DNA of 59,266 nt, counting the filler, from Sphacelaria rigidula (Eukaryota): NCBI GenBank assembly GCA_964200075.2. It is 5 parts of 5 records of this genome, joined end to end, with 100 filler letters (N's around TTAATTAATTAA, not from the genome) between each part and the next. Parts side by side here need not be neighbours in the genome. Positions count along the whole stretch, not along the records: positions 11,876 to 23,649 come from CAXNAA020004521.1; 4 more parts are not named here. The stretch is one strand, 5' to 3'. Positions 12,221-23,749 of this stretch are shown here, one piece after another. The notes beneath the pieces were generated by a model, which did not search any database, had not been told where the DNA came from, and saw only the letters and a list, made by a program, of their open reading frames with translations. The position numbers and the translations under genes are program-made. Every line of letters begins with the position of its first letter. The stretch's first letter is position 1.

Positions 12221-12598
12221 TGTGTTGTGTGTAGACATCCCATCTATTCTGGACGCTAGTCTACATCTTTTGGGTACATGTGGTCGCATCAGCCTGGGTC
12301 ACAGAGGAGGAAGGCTGGCCAACATAGTAGGTTTTAATTATTTATTTAATTTTGCTTTAGTGATCTACCTTCCTTTGGCGGTGCTTGCCTTCTTTATTAT
12401 CGCGAAAGGCGTTTAGGAGTCCCGCTTTCTCGTCGACCGTTAAGTCGAACATTGTGTATCCACTACATAGTTGCTCTCAACTGTTGGGTGGGCATTGTGT
12501 GGGAAAAAATCCCAGATCGTGTGACAGCACCGAGATGCGAACCCACGACCCACACCGTGAGAAGGTTTCGAGGCCACTGGATCACCGGGGCGACCGGC
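12221..12598 (-). mobile_element. tRNA-derived SINE, family B
   Basis: Homologous to 45031-45386. The minus-strand head CCGGTCGCCCCGGTGATCCAGTGG...GGGTTCGCATC carries degenerate Pol III A/B boxes. Confidence 0.7.
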
Positions 12599-12739
12599 CG
12601 TGGGAAAAAAAAATAGTCTGATGGGTATACACATTCTTCAGATTTTTCCTGCTCCCAGTCGGATCCTTGACCAGACGGATGAAATTTCGAGCAACCCTCC
12701 AGAATTTTGGGTTCTTGCACTAGAAACATACAAACCTCA

Positions 12740-12929
12740 GGTCGTGTCTTGTCAAATTGTTCTCGTGTCGAAAACGTGCATTCGAATCGAATTCGCTCGT
12801 TTCTAATTCGTCCACGCTACTAATTTTCCCACATGGTCAAGAACATGTATCCCGTGGATGTATCAGATACGAGCAAATTTGAATCCACCGTACGTTTTCG
12901 AGTAGGAATGTTTTCGGGAAGACACGGCC
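12740..12929. mobile_element. PIF/Harbinger-like MITE
   Basis: TIRs GGTCGTGTCTT/AAGACACGGCC with 3-bp TCA on both sides. Second copy at 45604-45794. Confidence 0.75.
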
Positions 12930-14703
12930 TCAGGGAAGCGTCTTCGGGACTAAGAAATTGTTCAATAGTCAAAAGTCCATCTGGTCGCTCCAAATATTGC
13001 CGGAGAACAGTAGAACGGAGGTACAGCTTTTGTTTTGTCCGAGAGAGCAGTATTCACTCAAGCCGAATTTATCGAAACTCGGCGCTGTACCTCCAAAGTA
13101 AGCCTCTTGGAAGAAGTTCTTCTACACGAAAGTGGACTGAGGCAGCTGGGAGCAGCGAGAACTGAGGTCGTACCTTTGGAAACATTTTCCGATCGAGAAG
13201 GCAAAACATACACGACCCGGACATTGATGACCTTCAAAGATCACATCGGAATCTCCCCCCTTCACCGCACTTCCCATCATCGAGAAATAAGTTAACTAGA
13301 CACGGCTCGAGGGAAAATCGCGTGGGATATGTTGGACGACAGTATTTCTCATTTCGTTAGAATGGCGTGAAGATTCAAGACCTCGAACTTGGTACCTAAT
13401 GTTATCGTGGGCTCGACTGCCCCACATTTCTGAGAGCAACCTCACACTTCGTCTACTTTTGGTGCGAGTTTCAGCGGTGTTATTATTCTCCTGATGCCAA
13501 GGAGCCGGTCAAGTTGCGCACCTCAAATTTTGCACGAGCATCGGCTACATTTGTTTAATTCCATCCCGGCGTTTCAGAAAAACGAACAACGAGAAGTGAA
13601 TCCCCCCGAATGGAGACGGATTGTACTTGAAACGCTTCCATGCACAGAGCAACATTTATTTGGCATCGCAATCATACTGTATTTTTCACCCACACTCGGG
13701 TGTGAAGCGAACATCACGTCAAATTCCGCATTAGTCCGATGCACGTTAGCTTATACGCAACCCATTTTTTTCCAGTGTTGGATCAAACGCCTCAGAAAGT
13801 GTCTGCCCACTTCACACCTTTTTGGCACACACCAGCAATGCGTAATTTTACCGACACCCACTCCACATCAGTGATCGACCCACAATCCAAATATCATGCA
13901 GCGACAACGAACATACCGCTCTGCTCAAGAACACGGACACTCGTGGCTAGAAATAGAACTATCGAAGTAGAAAACGTCTGACGGAGCATGTCGACGATTC
14001 ATCTTCCGGGTGGTATATACAGGTTCGATTTATCGCATGAGATATGAGAATCAGACGAACCTACGGACGGTAGAAAAATACAAATCCAAACCTACTCATC
14101 AAAAAAGCACACAGTTTTATGCACAGACATCCTGCAATCGAAACAAGAGTAACAAAAACTCGTTGCGAGCGATACTACACTTCTACGGTGGCACCCGTGT
14201 TAGCGTACAGATGTCAAACCCAATCAGGGTCGCGTTGCTGATTGACTCTGTCCTGGCTGCCTACATAACACACGCAAAGTCTAACCCATACCCATCGTCA
14301 TCGAGTTCGATGGATGGAATAAAACCTGAGGACTCGCGCAGCGGAGAGAAGATCCCCTCGCCAGTCTCACTTGACAGAGAGAGTCCTATTCTAGCATCTA
14401 AATCACTCGGCTAGATGTACGTGTTTAAGCGTCTCCACAAGACATACAGCGGGGCGGACACGGCAGTTATCGTCACTCGTTTCATTCGTAGTACAATTTT
14501 GCCTGGACATGACGGAGTGCTGCCGTGCCTTCATGTGTCACCAAGGGTTGTGTGAAGATGTAACAGGGGAACGAAGGACAGTGGGTGTCGTCCCTCCGGA
14601 TTACAGCCCAGTTGTGGGGCGTCTACAGGCGTGTGTGTTCCCTCACTAACGAGGAAAAGAGATCGGTACCGACACCATTGCTCGAAATTGTTCGCAGTAT
14701 AGT

Positions 14704-17700
14704 CTACTCAATCCTGAACACGCTCATGGCGTTTCCGCCACCGCAGATGGAGTTGGAGTTTCCCGAGCAAGGCATGTGGCAGACCGCGTCACCGTGCTTC
14801 GCGTGGTTATCGTCCGCATTACCGCAGTAGCACCTGGTGTATTCAGGAGAGCACACGCACTGGGCCCGTGATCGAAATGCTCGAGTGCAACAGTAGGTCG
14901 TGTCCTCCACGTAGAAACCGTCCTTTGCTAGAGCTGCGGAACGACCGACTGCTTTTTTATTCAGGTCCCTTTGTCAACCTCGTGTTGATTTGTAATTCAA
15001 TATTACACTGTTGACAATAGAATACACAGTTGAAAAGTGCACTGCGTACAGTATCGACTACCGCGCCTATTGCAGTAGACAGTTTATTTCATACTGCGTG
15101 CAGTACATGTTTCTACAATATAATCTATTTTCAAGGATGTGCAATAGTACACAGATCACAACACACTCACTCTTTGCCGAACTGAAGGCCCATGTGCGTG
15201 CCTGAGCCCTTCGATCCGCAGTACTCCAGACAGTCCTAACACCCATCGTATCACGACGGAGCAAACAGAGGGGTAGCAGGGCACGTGCAGGGGAAAGATA
15301 TGATCAGGAGCAAGTGATGACAGATGGAGTGACAACGCACGCAAAGTCCCGGTACGTTCCATAGGCACACAACCCAACCGCTGGATTTAATGTGAAGAAC
15401 AGATTGACGGAATTGTCACGATGAGACGCATCCACCTCAACTTCGTGTACGTCTGTTGCACCCCAATCCAGCCCCAGATGTTCTCAGGACCTCAATGTAT
15501 GTGCCACACAAATTAATACACCACTTGATGCAATTTTACTTACATCGTAGGTCATGCCGTTGGAGCGGACCCTGCGGGTGCCATAAGTGAGCGCGCGGTC
15601 GTAGCCGTAGTCCTTGAAACAGCCGAGGTATTTGATGCTCCCTGGGTAGTCGGCAGGCACCCCACCTCTCTTGTACACGTTCATCGCCAGTTTCCCACCG
15701 CACGTCTCGTCTGCCGCGCCGGCGCACATCATGGTGCACTGGGTCGTGCCATGCTTACCGATGACAGAATCTTCGTTGCCGCACCAGCACTGAGTCAAGG
15801 AGGACGGCGACGGCACGTGCGGAAGTTGATTTTTGGATCTCTGCAGGGTGTGTTGGGGTTTAAAAAAATGTCGACACCCGGACATCCGCCAACATTTTTC
15901 TATTTCATTTGATTTGTCTTCACATGTCGCACTTTGAATCCATCCTCTTCCTCGGGGTGAGTTCATGATCTTGAAGGACCAACCCATCTCTCCCCGGTAC
16001 AACAACACAAGTGAAAGGTCGAGGGATGGGGGACGAGCGTGGGGATTCGGGTATGATTTTTTTCAAGCGCATATCATGTCAAGAACGTGATCCGCAAGCG
16101 AATACCAAGATGAACTACGCAATACGAGATTTGGGAGAGTGGAAACCCTACGCAACACACCCTTCCGATTATTTCACTCAGGCAGAAGAACGGCCACGAG
16201 ACCACCCACCTCATTGCTGTACTGAGTTCCGAAGTACACGTTTCCCTCGCAGTAGTTGGAGCACATCTGATCATATCAGCGACAAAACAGCGGAAACGGG
16301 CGGCAACGGGATGTGCAGTGACATCTTGTTCAGGAGAGGTTGCATCTCGCGAAAATTCTGCTGACCTGACCGTATACTTCCCGAGACCTGCGACACTTCT
16401 GTCGATGCCACTAGTATGGTGATGGCCATTTACACGGGTGATTAAGCGCTATCGTCAACTTGTCGCAAGAAAGGATCATAACTTCCACTCGGTTATCGAT
16501 AGAAATTGAAAATATGAGGATAGATCATTGATAGGTTGTCGACGCAGTACAGGGTCGAAAACAAATGCTTGACCGGCTCCAGCGCAACAAACGACTCGAG
16601 CAGACTCGTCAATGAAACCGGCTAGACAACACCCCAACGCTACCTGGCAGTTTCAGGTTCGTACTTCAAGACGGTGACCGAGTTGTATCATGTGTGTCAC
16701 GAACGCTAGGCTGTCCTTTAGTTCCGGGGCGGGGCGGGGCGGGGTTGGGCTGAGAGATGTCACCCCTTGTGCGCTTATAAGAAGGTCAGAGTGATGATAA
16801 CTGCAGTGACTGTACGATTCATCACCAGAATAATCTTGTTTTGGTTCGAATCCGCCAAGGTAAAACAGATCCAGAACCTGGGCCTGTGTACCGGTTCTAC
16901 CAACGCATAGGCTTGAGCCCCACCTCTCGGGGCGCACATTTGACGCTCACCGCCCACAGACCATGGTCGACTTCACTCGAAACGTATGCTCACCTCTGCA
17001 GTCATATCGGGGTGCTCCCACTTGTTCTCGAGGATGCGGTCACTGCTCACGTCCTTGAAGCATCCAATCATATGAGCACCTGCCGCTCCCGTGGATTCGG
17101 GGGAAGTCCTGATGATGCCGTTAGGACCCTCGATAGAGATGTTCTTGTACTCCACCTGACGCAGGAAGGGGTGGTTTTTTCAGTCGCCGCGACGGAGTGT
17201 GCAAGACGTGCGCCATACATACTTTGTCCCTCGGAAGGGCACAGAGACGTACTTGTCAAGATTCTGCATTTCCCCGTGAGCCATGTATATTCCTTCGTTT
17301 CGTCGAGTACCCACAATTGTGACTACATGCACAATCCACCGACTCCATTCTAATCCACTTGACGCCTCCGTCAGCCACATGAGTACGGATGTCTCCTCAC
17401 TCTTCGGAGGGCACTACCGACGCACTCACCTCTCCGTCGTGGACGTTGCCGGGGGAGTGGTAAAGACCAAGCTTCATACGGACCATCTCAGAGTCTCTGT
17501 GCCAGGCTACGGGCTGCAAGTTCTGGGGCCAGATCGCATGACCGGTCACCGCTCCAGAAATGAAGACCTGTAGCCCAGCAAAGCACCCACAAACACACAA
17601 ACATGGGCTCATGTTGTACGCGAAATGGCAACCAACAAGTTGAGCTTGGGTATAGTACATGTAGCGAGGAGGTTCGGCACGGCCGACGAGGAGGACTACA

Positions 17701-19459
17701 ACAGCAGTGGTACACAGTGCAAACATTCGACGGACGGTACACGGCGCTCACCTCCATCGACTCTCCAAAGACCGTGACAATCTCGACGTTTACCCAATCG
17801 CCGGTGGCATCCTCCCAAGACATAAACTCCTCCATCCCGGGATGGTAATCTTCGATGGACTCGAGATTGCTGAACCTCACCTGTACGGAAGTGATGTTGG
17901 AGGCGCGTGGTGATGATCATGTTGGGGGGGAGCGTACTCATTTGTTGCTTGCCTTAGGCGTTTCATCATTCATCACGCATCCCTTTCTAGACGGAGCATC
18001 GTTCCTACTCCTAATAGAGACACCTCCAACATTATGGCGCTCATTACGGTTCTTCCGTAGCTCATTAATTTCCTTTGATACATTACACGAAAACCCTTCA
18101 CATATCTTATCCCCGTCCTGTTGGGGGGATCAACAATCTGGCGAGTATACGCGAAATAATGAAGTAGTATTGCAGTCCAGCTCCCACGCCTGCAACATGC
18201 CAATCAATGCGGGTCCAACACGTGTTGAAGTATGACCTGGCTATCGACGCTCCCTTACCATGAGGCCCTTGTTGTTTGCGGTGAGCGAATAAATGGGGTC
18301 ACCCTTGATCATGTAGCCCCCAGCCGAGCCCTTCAGTTGCCCCAGGTGGGTGAACCTGTTCGCCACTCTCATGCCTTCCACTGCTCTGAAGCTGTACTTG
18401 AAGACGTACCTAACTCATCCGTCAACGGCACACGTGGTCGAGGAATACCAGCATCCGAGTGTGTTCCATAGAAGAAGAAATAGCGTACAGATTTTCGAAC
18501 ACGGTTAGGACAGGTTACTAGCTTGGGGGTACCATGAGCTCTTATGCCATGTTGATAATGCAGTACTTCGGGATATGCAACGTATTGGCTGCCGACACTA
18601 GGAAATACTGGAATACCTACAGCATTGAGAGGTCATAGACTTGGTAATACAGAGCACCCTCGGGTATTTTGCACTCGAACCCATTCCAAGTAACGCAAGG
18701 CTTCGCGTCTGAAACGATATCGAGAGGAAGGAACCTCGCGCGTCTGCTGATGTCCCAAATACGCGACGCCGTTCAGTTTTTCAGCAACAGCCGTGTGTTG
18801 GTCTTGTGGATGCACCAATGCACAGCACAAGAGTTTACTGTTGTAATGATGAGCTGTTAAGCAGAGCAAGCTGCTCACCATTCATGATCCCGTCACATCG
18901 AGATGGTTTTACAGAAAAAGTCACCAGTACATACTGAGCACTGACTGCCGCTACAAAAGACCATCGCACACACTTCCTCGTGTTTTCTACAGTGTAGGAC
19001 TCACCTCTGATGCTTGAGGAAGGGGAAACCTTCGGGACCCCTCTGCACCTTGACCTCTGAACGCTCCTCTTCCTTTGCCACGATGAACCTACGAGGGATA
19101 CGCGATCAGTCGATCCAGAAATTTCATGCCTCAGGTTCGCCGAGGGCAGAAGTACTTTTTCACCTCCGGCACGGAAAGCGAAGCGTCTACAAGAGCACTC
19201 ATTGGAACAACTCCCCAGGTTATCAACGTTCGGTGTAACCCTGTTTCTATGCCCTAGAAACAAGCGTGTCGCACCTGGAACACGGCTCAGCCTTGGACGC
19301 GGTAGGACAGGTGGTGAAAATTCCTCCTCGCTGGAATACCTCTTCAAGGGATTCGGGGCCGAACACACAATCCCAGTCGATTTGGTAGCTGTCCAGGTGA
19401 TTGCACGTTATGTCGATTCCAGGGGCAGCCGCTGCCGCCTGTCCGACGTTGCAGTTTCC
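14704..19459 (-). CDS. Polysaccharide-lyase-like (candidate PL41/PL7-like alginate lyase) domain + two WSC domains; 10 exons, 5' end unresolved
   Basis: GT-AG, phase-consistent exons: 19459-19275, 19088-19005, 18409-18259, 17880-17752, 17567-17430, 17155-16994, 16266-16210, 15789-15544, 15235-15171, 14833-14704 (448 aa, TAG stop). Lyase-like motifs RSEVK, FTHLGQLKG, MKLGLYH. WSC motifs GCFKD..R..MT..C..YC..G.Q...ECxCGN..C.M.C.G...CGG..AM.V occur twice. Confidence 0.88.
17925..17998. repeat. Short dispersed repeat, about 75 bp
   Basis: GGGGGGAGCGTACTCATTTGTTGCTTGCCTTAG...GACGGAGCA recurs at 19803-19876 and inverted at 57568-57640. Confidence 0.75.
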
Positions 19460-20029
19460 CTGGATGCGGAGCAACGCGGTGGTTGTTTACTGTTCTAGTA
19501 AAATTACTTCCAGACATTCTTTCCTACTGCAAATTACTCCCGAGCATAGTACAGTAGAACGGAGAAAAGACGGTAATTCATACACGGATTCACCAGCAAG
19601 ACTCTTTTTGCATTTGTTCATCGCCTCTTGCCAACATCAGGCGGGGTTTGCATGTTTGTACTGTCCAATCACCACTCTGCCTTAAGCCCGTTCAGTTCGT
19701 TCGCTGCTGACAGCACGGGCGTACGTCAAATCAACTTTTCGAATCAAGAGGGGTTGTAATCGGTGCGATTCGCCGTACATGGCGTGAAGATGATGCGTAT
19801 CAGGGGGGGGCGTACTCATTTGTTGCTTGCCTTAGTCATTTGACCATTGACCACGCATCCCTTTCGAGACGGAGCAAGGGGTGGGGCTTTACTGTCATAC
19901 TGGGGAGGAGGGGAGAGGAGAGGATTCCCAAGGGGCAGTAGCCGTTGCTGAATATTATTCCGCCCCGTGTTCGTTTCGTGAGTTACCGCAGGAACAGGGC
20001 ACTGTCCACATGTCGTGGACAATACTGCT

Positions 20030-20640
20030 TGCATTGAATGTCGCCGCTGTCTCCCACGTCATCAGTATCAACGTCGACGCCCACATCGGCATCGTACACT
20101 GCCTAGCCGCCCTCGATTTCACCCTCTTCCACGGGTCCCTCGAAAGACGGGAGGATGACACCGACATCAACGCGGACACGTACGCCGACACCGACATCAA
20201 CGCCGACACCGACACCTGAGCCGATGCCGACATCAACGCTGACGCCCACATCGACATCGTACACTACCTCGTCGCTCGCAGTGTCACCCTCTTCTACGGG
20301 TCCCTCGCAAGACGGCGGGAGGGGTGGTGACGCTCCTCAACTCTCGAGGACCGCGCGGCGACGTCCCACGTGGACCCACGAGTTGCCGACACCAAGGGCG
20401 GGGCGTACTGAGAGTCAAATACGCGGAGCCATGGGGTCGCCGCACACACACGGCGGGACGCTGGTGGCTAGCGTAGGGGAGAAGAGCAACATGGAAGCGG
20501 AGATGGGCGCTGGCGGGAATGGCCGAAGACAAGTGCTCAGCCGTGGATATGATCACCGCGGCAGCAGGACAGGTGGCAGGACGAGTGGTGGAGTTGGTTT
20601 GACGAACATTTGGCGACAACAAATCCGACGATTTTGCCCA
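20030..20640 (+). repeat. Thr/Pro/Ser-coding tandem repeats, possible LTR-retrotransposon (Copia-like) interdomain remnant
   Basis: GACACCGACATCAACGC repeats at 20155-20260 and a duplicated ACCCTCTTCYACGGGTCCCTCG. The Copia origin is an inference; no catalytic motif is visible. Confidence 0.35.
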
Positions 20641-21859
20641 GATCTGGGTTAGTTTTCTAGTTATCCGCATTAAACGCAGAAAAACACCAAACTGCACATA
20701 CAATCATAGACACGCGACAGCACTCAGGGCGATGGCGGATGTTAATCTCTCTGATAGCTAAACCGGGAACTATTTGCACGCAACATGAACTCGAACGCAG
20801 TGCTGCCGCAACAGCACTACGGTACACGAACAACAAAACGTTCGGAACTCTGTTGCGTACATCTCGTCATTTATATTTTAGTACTTGGGTTTGGTTCTTC
20901 GCATCGCTGCCGTGCCCCCTTATTTCCCGCGGAATTTTTTTCACTTCATCTTCTAGTGCTAACGATCACCTGGTGGTGGAGTTGCGCGGGCTAATTTTGA
21001 TTTCTGTTGAGATGAACGCTACGGTTGAGCCAATACTTTGGAAGTGGCAGTAGCAAAGTAGTCATCCCGTCGTACCTTGCCTGATTTTTGGGTATCTTTT
21101 CTTCCTAACTAAGCCCGTCTCAATACCTACGCAATGGACATCAATAGTATCAACTGATCAAAGTAATTCGTCAACAACCCATACATGAACGATGTTGTCC
21201 AATACTTCGCACTGTACCCCCACAACTGCGATTACCTTGGTAGCCGCGAAAAAGTGGTTTCACTACAATTTCCACCACGGCCGTCTCCCCAAACCGTTAT
21301 GTGTCGTAGTTCCGGGACAAGCCACCGGAAGTTGTATCACCCCTCACCATACCGCACTTCTCCACCTCCCCACTGTTCGAGCCGCAGTGAAAGATGTGTG
21401 ATGCTCTGTGCGATAAAATTCCGAAAACTGTAGCAGAGGGTAGCCCGGCCATACCTGGGATGCCATTCATTTGCCCTACTACAGCACATAACCTGTTGCT
21501 ATTGACGGTCGTTCATCATTTGGAGCCCGGGAAATTGCGACAAGCTTCCAACATGGTTCCGTAAATGTTATTTTGTAGGAATGTTGCCCTCCATTGTGAA
21601 AAGGTGATGGTGGGGTAAGTGCTGAGCTTCCCGCCGTGCATTCCCGCCGTGAAGGGTGACTGTTCTTTCGGGTCTCGGCGGCTTGGGCCTTCTCGTGGAG
21701 ATTCTAGCGCACTGTCCCGATTTTTCGTGCACCCAGGTTCACCTTTCGCCGGATTTCCGTTTTTTTCAGTCGCCCCAAAAATCTTCACGTGGTCGGGAAA
21801 AAATCCATCTGAAATCTGCGATGAAAGGCTCAAAGAGGGCAGTTTCGCGAGAGTCCATT

Positions 21860-22362
21860 TTCAGATACAGCAGACAAGAATGAAAATTTGGAGAAGTGCA
21901 TCTTCCGAGCTCCTTCGTCGTTTCACGCCCTAGAAGAGAGCAAGACGGATTTTGACATCTTAGAATACCTTGCTGTACTCGTTGAGCCGGTTCCAACAGA
22001 CCTGTGCGTTTGTCCTGTGGTCGCAGTTTTTTCTTGCCCAGGCTTGCGTTTCTCTTCTTGGAGATCGCTCAATTATCTCCGAGACCGATCAAGTCCAGAA
22101 AAACTTCGCGAACTTTAGTGGACTTGACCGATCTCCGAAAAAAATGAGCGATTTTCGAGGAAAATGCGAGTCTGGGCTGGAAAGAAACTGCGACCATCGG
22201 GAGAACGCACAGGTATGCTGGGACCGTCGTAGCGAGAATCGCAAGTCATTCCAAGGTGTCAGAATCTGCCTAGCTTTTCTTGAAGGCGTAAAACCACTCA
22301 GAAGCGTCAAAAATGCCTTTTTCCAGTTAGTTGTATATTTCTGTCTGCTGTAAGGAGCGACC
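21860..22362. mobile_element. Foldback-like palindromic element
   Basis: Left arm (TTTCACGCCCTAGAAG...GGTCGCAGTTTT) is the reverse complement of the right arm (AAACTGCGACC...TTCTTGAAGGCGTAAAA). Boundaries approximate. Confidence 0.65.
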
Positions 22363-22390
22363 TTAGATTTAGAGTTTGAGTTTCGGAGTT

Positions 22391-22636
22391 GACATTTTTT
22401 TTCGATAGAACCCCTACAAAATCAGCCAAAGCTGTCACAAAGAAAATGGTCATACAACGCCTGACGTTTGGTTTCAGGCTGCATGAAGCGTTTCATATGG
22501 GCGACATCGGTGAACACGAACTCAAGCGTGGGAATTCCTAGCTACTCGTTGTGCTCCGCTCTGTTCACATCGATTCACGTGTAGATTTTGCCTCTCCAAA
22601 CCAGCACTTGGTGGGGGGGCTATCGTAGAAAGTGTC
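22391..22636. mobile_element. MITE (GACAC...GTGTC family) with 4-bp TSD AGTT
   Basis: AGTT|GACATTTTTTTTCGATAG...CTATCGTAGAAAGTGTC|AGTT. Internal homology to 54253-54504 in the opposite orientation. Confidence 0.85.
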
Positions 22637-22970
22637 AGTTGTTCGAACCCTCTCACACAAGTGGTCCGAAGACAAACCTAATTCGACATGAGAACGTGTG
22701 AAGATCATGTCGAATTGGAAAATTCAACATCCCATTTCCTCACGTGCGAATTGAGTTTTGACGGAGTAATTCCTTCTTCCTTTCCTTCTTCTCCCCGTTG
22801 AACCCGGAAGCGCTACTTCTCAGATGTTCTCGTGGCGTCCTTCTCATTCCTCTTTTCTTCTGGCATGTCTTGTGAGGAGTAGCAGGAACGGTATTGGAAA
22901 GTCGAGCCTACGTGTGTGACCACGGTTTGCGAGATCGAACTTACACGCGAAAATAATGAAATAGTAGTAA

Positions 22971-23377
22971 CAAGGGTAGGTCGAGTAGAGTATGTACTTT
23001 TGAGTACTCGAGTAAAATACTCAAGTATTTACTCTACTCGACGTTTGCGTAGGTCGAGTACGGCGTCAAATACTTCACTCAAATATTCATGAGTAAGCAC
23101 TCTCAGCAATACTCGATTATAGAGTATCACTTTAGTATGACCTCAATACTTTTCTCAAAACATGAGTACGTGGAGTACGGCCTCAAATACTCTACTCAAA
23201 TTTTGATTACGTGGAGTACGGCCTCATATACTCTACTCAAATTTTGAGTACGTTGACTATGATCTCATATACTCTACTCAAATTTTGAGTACGTCGAGTG
23301 TACGGCCTCAAATACTCTACTCAAATATAGAGTAAGCACTCTCATTAATTCTTGAGTATACAGGTAGAGTACCCTTG
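22971..23377. mobile_element. TIR element with internal ~40-bp tandem repeats
   Basis: CAAGGGTA...TACCCTTG termini. Repeated GGCCTCAAATACTCTACTCAAATTTTGAGTACG units. No clear TSD. Confidence 0.6.
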
Positions 23378-23649
23378 GGTATGGTGAGTACCCCTGACCG
23401 TCGGCGACTTTGTTACGTCACTTTACAGACTATGTCGAATGCATGGGCGAATGATGGTCATGATAAAAAAGAAAAAATCGTGCAGGTGAATAAACCTACC
23501 TGCCCCAGCGCCCCATCTCACCAGCCCCCACCCACGGCAGTTCATACTCGATAGCTCGCAACGCCTTCTATATTACTTTCAGTACAGAGCGCAACTCATC
23601 ACTATGAAGTAATCGAATAGAAGAGTAGTCGAGTAGGTATTATCGAAAT

Positions 23650-23749
23650 NNNNNNNNNNNNNNNNNNNNNNNNNNNNNNNNNNNNNNNNNNNNTTAATTA
23701 ATTAANNNNNNNNNNNNNNNNNNNNNNNNNNNNNNNNNNNNNNNNNNNN
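23650..23749. other. Artificial contig spacer
   Basis: N44-TTAATTAATTAA-N44. Confidence 0.98.

Noticed and set aside
20155..20652. Mucin-like host gene
   Set aside because: Low-complexity repeat-derived frame without splice or signal support. More likely a retroelement remnant.
23160..23340. CRISPR-like repeat array
   Set aside because: The units are contiguous tandem repeats without unique spacers, there are no cas genes, and the context is eukaryotic.
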